Assembly: GCA_963668585.1 (NCBI GenBank)
Contig: OY764869.1
Location: 861,212-925,211 of the forward strand
From: Dehalococcoidia bacterium
Lineage (GTDB): Bacteria > Chloroflexota > Dehalococcoidia > Lucifugimonadales > UBA3495
Length of the DNA stretch: 64,000 bases
Direction: 5' to 3'
The notes below the pieces were generated by a model, which did not search any database, was not told the origin of the DNA, and was given only the letters and a program-made list of their open reading frames with translations. The translations under genes and the position numbers were made by a program. Below are positions 1-9,366 of the stretch, piece after piece (position 1 is the stretch's first letter; the number at the start of each line of letters is the position of its first letter).

Positions 1-174
1 ATGATCCCATCCGGTGTTCAGACCGGCACCTACCCGGCCTTCATGAGCCGTTTGCGCATCCCCATCACGGTCATCGGCCTCGCTGCCCTGGCCGGCGCCG
101 GGGTCGCCATGTATCTCACCATCGTCCAGACCCCAATCACGTTGCTGAACGTCTGGGATCGGCTTTTCGTATAA
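1..174 (+). CDS. Probable 3' end of a membrane protein (may start upstream of the window)
   Basis: Open frame from base 1 to TAA at 172-174 with a hydrophobic helix (ITVIGLAALAGAGVAMYLTIV); family not recognised. Confidence 0.4.
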   Translation: MIPSGVQTGTYPAFMSRLRIPITVIGLAALAGAGVAMYLTIVQTPITLLNVWDRLFV

Positions 175-270
175 CGACCCGCTGCACAACCCCAGGCCAC
201 GCCGCAACGTCCCAGGGCTTCTCCGACGTCGCCATCCAGCCATCACCACACGAATTACGATCATCCACCT

Positions 271-975
271 ATGCCGCCTCTGCCGCCAACTCGACAACTG
301 ATTCCACTGGCCCTGGCAGGGCTGCTGACTACAGCAATCGTAGCCTTCATCGTGGTGGTGCTATTCATGTCATGGTTCTCCAACCCGCCCTTCGGGTGGG
401 GCAACGCGCCCGATCAGCCCATCGCCTTCCCGCACACGGTTCACGCCGGGGCGGTTGAGGACGGAGGCCACGCCATCCAGTGCGAATTCTGCCACCGCAA
501 CGCCACCACCGGCGCGGCGGCAACCGTCCCCGCCGTGGAAGTCTGCGTCATCTGCCACAAGCAGGTGAATCGCGGAAACGTCTCAGCAAACCACATTTCC
601 GATGAGCCCGAACAAGGGAAGATTACGCAAGAATCGCTTATCAACATCCAGCGCGTGCTGGACAAGCACGCCGAGCAGCGCCCCATCGACTGGGAACGGG
701 TACACCGGATGCCCGACCACGTCCGATTCGTCCATGAAGCACATCTGCGGTTCCTGACCCAGGGCGAACAGCGTACCGTTACGCTGCCCGTGGGCGATGA
801 AGCGCCAATGAATCTCCCGGTCCCGGTGCAGGAAGCCTGTTCCGTATGCCACGGTGACGTGGCCCGCATGGAAGAGGTGCAACCCCAGCAAGGCCAATCT
901 CTCAAGATGGGAACTTGTCTGGACTGCCACCGCCAGAACGACGTTAGCACCGACTGTACCGTGTGTCACAAGTAG
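271..975 (+). CDS. actA: Alternative complex III pentaheme cytochrome c subunit
   Basis: N-terminal TM helix and five CxxCH motifs (CEFCH, CVICH, CSVCH, CLDCH, CTVCH); QPIAFPH..HAG and W.RVH.MPDHVRF.H..H signatures; operon context. Confidence 0.85.
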   Translation: MPPLPPTRQLIPLALAGLLTTAIVAFIVVVLFMSWFSNPPFGWGNAPDQPIAFPHTVHAGAVEDGGHAIQCEFCHRNATTGAAATVPAVEVCVICHKQVNRGNVSANHISDEPEQGKITQESLINIQRVLDKHAEQRPIDWERVHRMPDHVRFVHEAHLRFLTQGEQRTVTLPVGDEAPMNLPVPVQEACSVCHGDVARMEEVQPQQGQSLKMGTCLDCHRQNDVSTDCTVCHK

Positions 976-1025
976 CCCTCACCCTGACAACGGAAACGCT
1001 GTAACCAACGGAAGCTCTGTAACCA

Positions 1026-3281
1026 ATGAAACTAAGTCGCCGCAATTTCCTGGCCTGGGCCGGCATCGCCGCTACCGGAGCGATCGCCTGCGACCTCTTC
1101 GACGAAGAGTTGAAGGTGCAGAGCCCTGCGCTCATCCCCGAAGACCTGGTCAGCGGGCGCGACAACTGGTACTCCACGTACGACACATCCACCCCCGGCG
1201 GCCAGGGCGTCCTGGTCCGGGTGATGGAAGGCCGCGCCAAGAAGGTTCGTGGCAACCCGCGCTTCCCCACCAACCAGGGCAAGCAGTCCCCGGCGGCCGA
1301 TGCGCTCCTGCAATCCCTGTACCATCCGGACCGCATCGCCGGGCCCATGCTCCGCACCGGCCCGCGAGGCTCAGGCCAGTTCCGCCCCATCACGTGGGAA
1401 GAGGCGCTGAACCGTTTCAACGCCGCCGTGGAGGCCAACGGCAGCCGTATGCTGTTGATAACCGAAGCCCGCAAGTGCAGCTTTGCCAAGATCTGCGGCG
1501 GGTTCGCCGACACCTTCGGCGGCCGTCACGTGGCATTCGGCGGCGCGGCGGACGATGCCGCATATCGGGCCGCAGTCCGTGACGTGATGGGCAGCGACAG
1601 CCTGCCCTTCCATGACATCGCTCACGCAAATTCACTGCTGAGTTTCGGCTCCGACTTCCTCTCCACCTGGGGCAGCCCCACGACCTACTCGGTCGCCTAC
1701 GGCAAATTCCGCTCCGGCGAGTACACCCACCACCGGGGCACACACATCCACTTCGGCGCGCGCTACTCAATGACGGCAGCCAACGCCGACAAGTGGGTTC
1801 CCATCGCGCCCGGATCCGAGGGATACGCGGCCATGGCCATGGGCTGGGCAATCGCCCAATCCCGTCCGGAATCGGCGGCGGTGCAGGCGCTGACCGGCGA
1901 GGCCGGACCGGGCGTTCTCAACCAGTTCGCCCCCGACAGCATGGCCGGCGCCCTGCAGATTCCTGACGCCGTGCTGGACGGAAAATCGCTCAACGACTTC
2001 TTCTACCAACTCGCGCACGATTACGCTGCTCGCGGCGGCCTGGCTATCGGCGGCGGCGGAGAGGCCGCAGCCTACAGCAACGGCAAGTTCAACGCCTCCG
2101 CAGCGCTGATCCTCAATTTCCTGATGGACAACGTGGGGCACGAAGGCGGCCTTCTGCCCGATCCCGGCAGCCCGATTTCCCACACCCCCACGTCGGCTCC
2201 CACCGCATCCCTGGACGAATGGCGTTTGATCGCCGCCGACATCGGCAGCGGAGCGACGGGCCTGGTAATAATCCACAACGCCGACCCGGTTCATGGCCTG
2301 CCCGCCGGATCCGGGATGGCCGAAGCCCTGCGCAATGAGAACGTCGCCATCATCAGCGCCAGCCCGTTCATCGATGACACTTCGGTAATGGCCGACCTGC
2401 TGATTCCCGACCGGACAGCGTTGGAAGACTGGGGAGACGACCTGCCCGATCCCATGCCCGGCTACCACGTGTACGCGGTGCAGCAACCCGTGGTGAACCC
2501 GCTGCCCGACCTCGACCCGCGCAGTTTCCCCGATGTCCTCATCAACGCCGCCACCGACCTGGGACGCGGCGACAGCATGCCCGCAGAAAGCTACGAGGCC
2601 ATGATCCGAGCCAACGTCGAAGAAATCATCGGCGCGGACTTCACGGAGACCCTCAAAAACGGCGGCTGGTGGGACGAAAACGCCACGGGAACCGCCCCGT
2701 CGCTGGGCAGCGATATGCTCAACGCCGTTGTTGGTATGGCTACGCCCGCCGCAACTCACGGCTCCGGCGATTTCCACCTGCTGCCCTTCGCGCATCACAC
2801 GGTGCTGGACGGTCGCAACGCCCACCTGCCCTGGGCGCAGAACGCGCCCGACCCCATCACCACGGTGGCGTGGCAGACTTGGGTGGAACTCAATGAAACT
2901 CAGGCGCGCAACATGGGCCTGCGCGAAGGCGACGTGATCAACATCAGCACAGGCTCCGGCGCCATACAGGCATTGGCCTACCTGAACCCCGGCATGCCGC
3001 CGGGCATCGCCGCCGTGCCCATGGGCGGCGGACGCCAGGCCGGTTCCGATTATGCCGCCGGCCGCGACTCCCGCGAGAGCAGCAACGTAGCGTCCATTCT
3101 TTCGGTTTCGGCCAACGAGAGCGGCGGCGTGACCTGGAGCGGCAACCGCTGCTCCATCTCCCGCACGGGCGACAGCATGGCCGTCTCCAAACTGGAGGGT
3201 GGCTACACCACCCGCGAAATCGGCGAGCATCCCGCCGAGCAGGTATTCAAGACCGTCAGTGGAGAGGAGGGAGGTCACTAG
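1026..3281 (+). CDS. actB: ACIII molybdopterin-oxidoreductase-like subunit (ActB B1 domain, QrcB-like), Tat-exported
   Basis: Twin-arginine SRRNFL followed by a lipobox-like AIAC; EGRAKKVRGNP..P.NQGK and LYHPDR motifs; C-terminal molybdopterin-dinucleotide-binding-like region. Confidence 0.8.
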   Translation: MKLSRRNFLAWAGIAATGAIACDLFDEELKVQSPALIPEDLVSGRDNWYSTYDTSTPGGQGVLVRVMEGRAKKVRGNPRFPTNQGKQSPAADALLQSLYHPDRIAGPMLRTGPRGSGQFRPITWEEALNRFNAAVEANGSRMLLITEARKCSFAKICGGFADTFGGRHVAFGGAADDAAYRAAVRDVMGSDSLPFHDIAHANSLLSFGSDFLSTWGSPTTYSVAYGKFRSGEYTHHRGTHIHFGARYSMTAANADKWVPIAPGSEGYAAMAMGWAIAQSRPESAAVQALTGEAGPGVLNQFAPDSMAGALQIPDAVLDGKSLNDFFYQLAHDYAARGGLAIGGGGEAAAYSNGKFNASAALILNFLMDNVGHEGGLLPDPGSPISHTPTSAPTASLDEWRLIAADIGSGATGLVIIHNADPVHGLPAGSGMAEALRNENVAIISASPFIDDTSVMADLLIPDRTALEDWGDDLPDPMPGYHVYAVQQPVVNPLPDLDPRSFPDVLINAATDLGRGDSMPAESYEAMIRANVEEIIGADFTETLKNGGWWDENATGTAPSLGSDMLNAVVGMATPAATHGSGDFHLLPFAHHTVLDGRNAHLPWAQNAPDPITTVAWQTWVELNETQARNMGLREGDVINISTGSGAIQALAYLNPGMPPGIAAVPMGGGRQAGSDYAAGRDSRESSNVASILSVSANESGGVTWSGNRCSISRTGDSMAVSKLEGGYTTREIGEHPAEQVFKTVSGEEGGH

Positions 3282-3327
3282 CCAACGGCGGGTATCGAAC
3301 CGGCCGGGCTGATGACGCGTACTCGAA

Positions 3328-4116
3328 ATGCCCAACGCTCAATTCGAACACAAATGGGGTATGGTCGCTGACCTGGACAAGTGCACAGGCTGTCAGGCCT
3401 GTGTCATCGCCTGCCAGGCCGAGAACAACATCCCCATCAACACCAAGGACTACTTCCTGCAACGGCGGGCCTACGAGTGGATCCGCATCGAGCGCTACTG
3501 GGAGGGAGAGTATCCCAACGTCAAGGCGCGGTTCATGCCAGTCCTGTGCCAGCACTGCGAGAACGCCCCCTGCGAACCCGTCTGCCCGGTGTACGCCACC
3601 TATCACAATGAAGAGGGCCTCAACGTCCAGGTGTACAACCGCTGCGTCGGCACCCGGTACTGCATCAACAACTGCCCCTACCAGGTCAGGATGTTCAACT
3701 ACTGGCATCCCAACTGGCCAGCCCGCATGGAAAACTTCCTGAACCCCGACGTAACCGTCCGCTCGCGCGGCATCACGGAGAAATGCACTTTCTGCGTGCA
3801 GCGCATCCGCCGCGGCGAGCTTCAGGTGGAATCCCGCGACGGCAACCGCCTGAACGACGATACCATCGCGGCCGGCAACTACGATCCCGCCTGTGTGCAG
3901 GCCTGTCCCACCAATGCCCTCATGTTCGGCGATCTCATGGACCCCAACGCGGCCATCAAGCCGTACTTCGACGACGTGAACGCCCACCCGGGCCACGGCG
4001 AACACGACCGCGAAACTCGGGGCTACCGGCTTCTGGAAGAAATGAACACCCGGCCCAGCGTCATCTACCTGAAAAAGGTTGACCCGTATCCCCTGGCTGG
4101 TAAGGGTGCACACTGA
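3328..4116 (+). CDS. actB: ACIII iron-sulfur subunit (ActB B2 domain) encoded as a separate gene
   Basis: CTGCQACVIAC, CQHCENAPCEPVC, CVGTRYCINNC (3Fe-4S-type motif characteristic of ActB), CTFC and PACVQAC. Confidence 0.85.
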   Translation: MPNAQFEHKWGMVADLDKCTGCQACVIACQAENNIPINTKDYFLQRRAYEWIRIERYWEGEYPNVKARFMPVLCQHCENAPCEPVCPVYATYHNEEGLNVQVYNRCVGTRYCINNCPYQVRMFNYWHPNWPARMENFLNPDVTVRSRGITEKCTFCVQRIRRGELQVESRDGNRLNDDTIAAGNYDPACVQACPTNALMFGDLMDPNAAIKPYFDDVNAHPGHGEHDRETRGYRLLEEMNTRPSVIYLKKVDPYPLAGKGAH

Positions 4117-5609
4117 TGGCTAGCGAAACGCAGGCCCATCCGCCTTCAGCGGACCACGGTCACGACGCCCACGAACACGGCCACTTCGGGCCGGAAATGT
4201 GGGTGATCCCCGAAGCCACCGGACTAGTCGCCGAGGTCAACGAGAAACAGCGCACCACGCCCGGCATCTTCAGGATCGTCTTCTTCGCCGGGGCCGCGCT
4301 CACCATCCTCGGCATCGTTGGTTTCGTTCTCAAGGCCGTGACTGTAGGCTTCTCCGACCACCGGGCTTGGGGATTCTACGTCGCCGCCTTCGCATTCGTC
4401 TTCACCCTGACGGCATCGGCGCCCCTGGCCGCCTGCGCCTTCCGGTTCACCAAGAGCCACTGGCGACGGCCCCTGTCCCGAATCGCCGAGATCTTCTCAC
4501 TGGTCAGCATCGTCAACATCCTGCTGTTCATCCCTGCGCTGATCGCGCTCCCCGACATCGGTGTCATGACCGAAAGCGGCGAGCAGATGGTGCGCCGGTC
4601 CATCTGGTTCCAAGAACTCGTCAACCCGTCGGGCTGGCTCCTCGCCGGCATGATCGGACTCTCCTTCTGCTCCGTGGCGATCCTGTGGCTCGCCGCCCTG
4701 CCGGACATGGCTCAAAGCCGTGCGCACGTTTCCGGTTTCCGCGCCTCCCTGTACGGCAAACTCGCCGGCGGATGGTATGGCACCAAGCGTCAGTGGCAGG
4801 TGCAGAAAGGCGGACTGGCTATCCTGGGCGCCCTCTACTTCATGATGGTGGTGTTCGTCCAATTCCTGGTGGTCAGCGACTTCGCCATGGCCATGATACC
4901 GGGCTGGAAGGACTCGATCCTGCCCCCCTTCTACACCGTCATCAGCTTCCAGGGCGGCTTGGCCGCGATACTGCTGGTGGCCTACGTCATGCGACGCTGG
5001 GGCGGCTACCGTGAACTGATCGGACAGGCCCCTTTCTGGGCGGCCAGCAAGGTGCTGCTGGGTCTCACCCTGCTGCACACCTACCACCTCTTCGCGTTCT
5101 TCATCACCTACTGGTACGGCCGCCTCGAAGTCGAGCAGGCGATCCTGAACTACCTGATGTTCGACTCGTACCTCGGCCTCTTCTGGGCGCAGTTGTTCTT
5201 CACCTTCTTCATACCCTTCCCGATCCTGGTATCCAACCACGCGCGGCGTGAGGGTTGGGGCGCGCCCCTGGCAGCCGTTTTCATCCTCATCGGCCTGATG
5301 CTCTGGCACATCCGCATCTTCGCGGCGGCCTTCGCCGCGGCCCCGGCCGCGCTGGGCGGACTGTATTACCTGCCGTCCAACGCCTTCTCGTTCCCCGCGT
5401 TGCTGTTGCCGCCTCCGGCCGCAACCTTCCCCGACCTCTGGGACATCTTCATGATCCTGGGCGCGGTGGGCATCGTACTGCTGGTGTTCCGCATCGGTAT
5501 GATGCTGCTGCCGCCGCTGTCCCTGTGGGAGATGAAAGAAGGCTCCATGTACCAGCGCGTCGATACCCTGATTCGTGGACGCTACCTGGTGCTGGCCAAG
5601 CCGGAATAA
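4116..5609 (+). CDS. actF: NrfD/PsrC-family polytopic membrane subunit, ActF-like
   Basis: About 10 hydrophobic helices; WRRPLSRIAE and SDFAM..PGW motifs; lacks the ActC FWIG.SHAG signature; start overlaps the previous stop (TGATG). Confidence 0.6.
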   Translation: MASETQAHPPSADHGHDAHEHGHFGPEMWVIPEATGLVAEVNEKQRTTPGIFRIVFFAGAALTILGIVGFVLKAVTVGFSDHRAWGFYVAAFAFVFTLTASAPLAACAFRFTKSHWRRPLSRIAEIFSLVSIVNILLFIPALIALPDIGVMTESGEQMVRRSIWFQELVNPSGWLLAGMIGLSFCSVAILWLAALPDMAQSRAHVSGFRASLYGKLAGGWYGTKRQWQVQKGGLAILGALYFMMVVFVQFLVVSDFAMAMIPGWKDSILPPFYTVISFQGGLAAILLVAYVMRRWGGYRELIGQAPFWAASKVLLGLTLLHTYHLFAFFITYWYGRLEVEQAILNYLMFDSYLGLFWAQLFFTFFIPFPILVSNHARREGWGAPLAAVFILIGLMLWHIRIFAAAFAAAPAALGGLYYLPSNAFSFPALLLPPPAATFPDLWDIFMILGAVGIVLLVFRIGMMLLPPLSLWEMKEGSMYQRVDTLIRGRYLVLAKPE

Positions 5610-5696
5610 GGCAAGCATCCAACCCGCCATCACATCAAACGCCACCAGACCACCCCGATCAACACCTAACCGAATACCACAGGCAGAGTAAGCAAA

Positions 5697-7085
5697 ATGC
5701 AGGAAGGCAAGGTCCTACCAGCAGCGCAAGTCAACCGGGATTTGCTGCGGTCCATAATGGAAACACCCCAGTGGTTCTGGCCGGTGGTGTCTATCCTGGG
5801 CCTCATAGTGCTGGCAGCCGCCATCACCGTCGGCATTATGATCAACACGGGCCTGGGTATCACGGGGTTGAACTACAAGGTGGTTTGGGGCTTCTTCATC
5901 ACCAACTTCGTGTTCTGGATCGGCATCAGCCACGCCGGCGTGATGCTTTCCGCGATCTTGCGTCTCGCCAAGGCCGAATGGCGTCGCCCCGCGACGCGCG
6001 CGGCCGAGGTGCTCACCATCTTTTCGCTGATGACCGCGATGATCATGCCGATCATCCACACCGGCCGGCCCTGGCGCATCCTGTACTGGGCCTTCCCTTA
6101 CGACTTCGCCCGCGGCATCTGGCCCAACATCCGCACGCCCTTGGTTTGGGACCCCTCCGCGATTCTCACCTACCTCACCTCGTCCACGCTGTTCGTGATC
6201 CTCGCCCTGGTGCCCGACTTCGCCGTGCTGCGCGACCGCACCACCGGTTGGCCCAAGATCGTGTACACCATGCTGGCCATGGGCTGGGAGGGCAATCCAC
6301 GCCAGTGGAAACTCCAGATCATCGCCGGCGTCCTACTCTCCGCCCTGATCCTGCCCGTGTTCGTCTCCGTTCACTCCATCGTGTCCTGGGACTTCGGAAT
6401 GGCCGTCGCCATCAAGTCGTGGCACAGCACGGTCTTCGCTCCCTACTTCGTGGTGGGCGCGGTCCACTCCGGCGTTTCCGCCGTTGTCTTCGCCATGATT
6501 CTGCTGCGCTGGGCCTACGGCTGGCAGGACTACATCCGGCACGAACATATCGACGCCTTGGGCCGCCTGCTCATCGTTGTTGCCACCGGGTGGTTCTACT
6601 TCCTGGTCATGGAAATCATCTTCGGCATCTACGGACTGGAAGGCGACGAACTGGCCGTCCGCGCCCTGCAATTCCTGCCCGGCGACCACGGCGTTGCCTA
6701 CAACGTCTGGATGATCATATTCGTCGGGATCACCTACTTCCTGCCGGTTATCCTGTGGCTGCCCAAGGCATGGCGCCGCAACCTGTGGATAATGTCCGCG
6801 GCCTGTATCTCCGTCAACGTCGGAATGTGGCTCGAACGGTACCTCCTGTTCGTGCCCGGCCAGGCCAACAAGCAGTTCCAGACCTTCACGTGGAACGACT
6901 ACCTGCCCCAGTGGCCGGAAGCCCTCATCGTCGGCGCAACCTTCGCCTTCGTGTCGATGCTCATGCTGCTGTTCAGCCGCGTGTTCCCGCTGGTGCCCCT
7001 GTACGACATTAAGGAAGGCGACATTCTCAGGACTGAAATCCAAGTCGGCCGCCGCAATTTGACCGCCACCTTCAGAGAGGACTAG
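5697..7085 (+). CDS. actC: ACIII quinol-binding NrfD-family subunit
   Basis: WGFFITNFVFWIGISHAG, HTGRPW, PLVWD, SVHSIVSWDF, WHST and GMWLERY motifs. Confidence 0.88.
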   Translation: MQEGKVLPAAQVNRDLLRSIMETPQWFWPVVSILGLIVLAAAITVGIMINTGLGITGLNYKVVWGFFITNFVFWIGISHAGVMLSAILRLAKAEWRRPATRAAEVLTIFSLMTAMIMPIIHTGRPWRILYWAFPYDFARGIWPNIRTPLVWDPSAILTYLTSSTLFVILALVPDFAVLRDRTTGWPKIVYTMLAMGWEGNPRQWKLQIIAGVLLSALILPVFVSVHSIVSWDFGMAVAIKSWHSTVFAPYFVVGAVHSGVSAVVFAMILLRWAYGWQDYIRHEHIDALGRLLIVVATGWFYFLVMEIIFGIYGLEGDELAVRALQFLPGDHGVAYNVWMIIFVGITYFLPVILWLPKAWRRNLWIMSAACISVNVGMWLERYLLFVPGQANKQFQTFTWNDYLPQWPEALIVGATFAFVSMLMLLFSRVFPLVPLYDIKEGDILRTEIQVGRRNLTATFRED

Positions 7086-7097
7086 AGAGTTACCGCC

Positions 7098-7658
7098 ATG
7101 GCGATGCCAGGATTTTTGCAGCAGTTGCGGACCGCAATGTCCCCACCCACCACGAAGCAGGCCATACTGGGCCTGTTTCAGGACGCCGAGTCCGCCGCCA
7201 ACGCTGGCGACGCTCTCAAGGAAGCCGGTATCCCCGATACCGACTACGACTTCCTCACCGATTCGCCCTACCCGGAAGGCTCGCTGGGCGAACGCGAGGA
7301 AAAACACCGCATCTATCTGTACCCCTTCATCGGAGCCCTGCTGGGTCTGTCGTCCGGCATAATGATCACCGCCATGTCGCAGGTGGCCTACCCTCTGATG
7401 ACGGGAGGCAAGCCGATACTGTCCCTCCCGCCCATGGCCATCGTATGCTACGAAGGCACCATGCTCGGAGCCATCCTGTTCACGGTCATCGGCATCATCT
7501 TCGAGTCTCGTCTGCCCAAGTTCCAGCTTGGCGTCTATGACGAACGCATCACCCAGGGCTTCCTCGGCCTGCGAGTCAACGCAGAGCCCGAGCAGCGCTA
7601 CGAGGTGATGGCAATAATGAACGCTGCCGGCGCGGTGGACGTCAAAACGGATCACTAG
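7098..7658 (+). CDS. actD: ACIII subunit D (DUF3341), copy 1
   Basis: Two TM helices, GGKPILSLPP...CYEGTML, YDERITQG. Confidence 0.8.
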   Translation: MAMPGFLQQLRTAMSPPTTKQAILGLFQDAESAANAGDALKEAGIPDTDYDFLTDSPYPEGSLGEREEKHRIYLYPFIGALLGLSSGIMITAMSQVAYPLMTGGKPILSLPPMAIVCYEGTMLGAILFTVIGIIFESRLPKFQLGVYDERITQGFLGLRVNAEPEQRYEVMAIMNAAGAVDVKTDH

Positions 7659-7678
7659 CGAATAGGTAGATTTTACGC

Positions 7679-8188
7679 ATGGCAACGCAAGCAATCCTCG
7701 GACTGTTCGACGACGCATCATCGGCCGCTGACGCCGGCGACGCGCTGAGGTCGGCCGGCATCCCGGCGTCCGATTACAACTTCCTCACCGACGTCCCCTA
7801 TCCTGAGGGAGCGCTCGGCGAGGGAATGGAACGGCACAAACTGTACCTGTGGCCGCTGATCGGTGGGGCGCTCGGCCTCATCGCCGCGCTGGTGGTCACC
7901 GGCGTTACGGACCTGGCCGTGCCCATGACCATAGCCCCCAAGCCCATCCTGGCGTTGCCCCCTCTGTCCGTCATCTGCTTCACCAGCGCGTTGCTGGGCG
8001 CAATCCTGTTCAGCGTGATCGGCATCGTCCTTGCCGTGCGCCCCAACGTGGGAATCGGCGTATCCGACGACCGCATCAGCCAGGGCCTCATCGGCGTGCT
8101 GGTCAACGCAGATTCGGAGCAGGGCCCACAGATCACCGAGATACTCAACAACGCCGGCGCAGTGGACGTCACCGAGGGCCGTAGCTAA
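7679..8188 (+). CDS. actD: ACIII subunit D (DUF3341), copy 2
   Basis: Aligns end to end with the previous gene (QAILGLF.DA.SAA.AGDAL, FLTD.PYPEG.LGE, KPIL.LPP, NAGAVDV). Confidence 0.75.
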   Translation: MATQAILGLFDDASSAADAGDALRSAGIPASDYNFLTDVPYPEGALGEGMERHKLYLWPLIGGALGLIAALVVTGVTDLAVPMTIAPKPILALPPLSVICFTSALLGAILFSVIGIVLAVRPNVGIGVSDDRISQGLIGVLVNADSEQGPQITEILNNAGAVDVTEGRS

Positions 8189-8230
8189 TAATTCGGCGCC
8201 TGCGCCAAACACCAACTGCAGAAACCTGGG

Positions 8231-8781
8231 ATGAGAGCATTGATGACACGGATTAAACTGATGCGCGGGCGACTGTTGCCGTTGGCCGGACTGGCAATCG
8301 TGGCCGGTCTGCTGGCCGTCGGGTGTTCGCAAGGCTCGTATCCGCTGGACATCTTCTACGAGATGCACTACCAGCCCTCATACAAGTCCCAGGAACCGCC
8401 GCGGCTCAGCCCTCCCGCCTCCGCATCCCTTGGTATGGCTCTGCGCCTCCGCAACCCACGTCCTTCGCCGGTTCCGGCAAGCACATCTTCGAGACCAACT
8501 GCGCCATGTGCCACGGCCCCACCGGGCAGGGCGATGGCCAGGTCCTGGCCCGGATGGCCGTCGATTACGGCTACCAGACCACCGACGCGCCGAACCTGAA
8601 CCCCATCCTCACCTCCGAAGCCGCCAGGAGCCTGGACCGCAACGGATTGCGCAGCGTCGTCACCGGCGGGGTCGATGTCATGCCCAGTTTCTCCAAACTT
8701 CTCACCGATGAACAGATCGAACTGGTGCTGGACTACGTGGAAGGCTGCATCCAGGACGGCGACCAGGCAGCATGTCAGTAG
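8231..8781 (+). CDS. actE: ACIII monoheme lipoprotein cytochrome c, split by a single-base frameshift near 8423
   Basis: One frame gives lipobox LAVGC and EMHYQPSYKSQEP; another gives IPWYG...CAMCHG..G.GDG...MP; adding one base in TCCGCATCCCTTGG joins them. Confidence 0.72.
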
Positions 8782-8811
8782 CGCCCACCCCCGGATGATT
8801 TCGGGGATGTT

Positions 8812-9366
8812 ATGAACCGCTTTACCACCACAGTTGCCCCGGCGTGCCGGGGCGTTTTTCTTATCCTGGCCTACCTTGCCATTGCCGTCGTAGGCTTGCA
8901 GTCAAGCGGCGCAGTGCTGGCTCAATCCCCGGACGAGACCCCCACGTACGACGAGGCGGAAGCCCAGGAGATCGACCGTATGCTGATGTGCCCGGTCTGC
9001 CCGGCCCAGACCATCGACCAGACCGAGGTGCCGCTGGCCAAACAGATGCGGGAACAGGTGCGCGAACTGCTGGCCGGCGGCGCGACCCGGCGGGAAGTCC
9101 TCGACTGGTTCGCCGCGCCCGAACGATACGGCCCCGGCGTCCTTGCCGAACCGCCGCGCTCCGGGTTCAACCTGATTGCCTGGATTGTTCCCGGGGTGGT
9201 GGTCGTCGCGGCCCTGGGCGGCGGCATCCTCACCCTGCGGGCCATGCGCCGCCACGACGGCACCAGCGACGACGCACCGTCCGAACCCGAAGATCTGCAA
9301 CCCTACCTGGATGCGGTGGACCGCGAACTCTCGCTGAACACCGAAACGGAGCGCGACGATGGCTGA
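8812..9366 (+). CDS. ccmH: Cytochrome c biogenesis protein CcmH
   Basis: LMCPVC motif, A.QMR..VRELL..G, RYG..VLAEPP..GFNL..W. Confidence 0.85.
   Translation: MNRFTTTVAPACRGVFLILAYLAIAVVGLQSSGAVLAQSPDETPTYDEAEAQEIDRMLMCPVCPAQTIDQTEVPLAKQMREQVRELLAGGATRREVLDWFAAPERYGPGVLAEPPRSGFNLIAWIVPGVVVVAALGGGILTLRAMRRHDGTSDDAPSEPEDLQPYLDAVDRELSLNTETERDDG

Noticed and set aside
8415-8435. Programmed ribosomal frameshift in actE
   Set aside because: No slippery heptamer is present; a simple indel explains the split.
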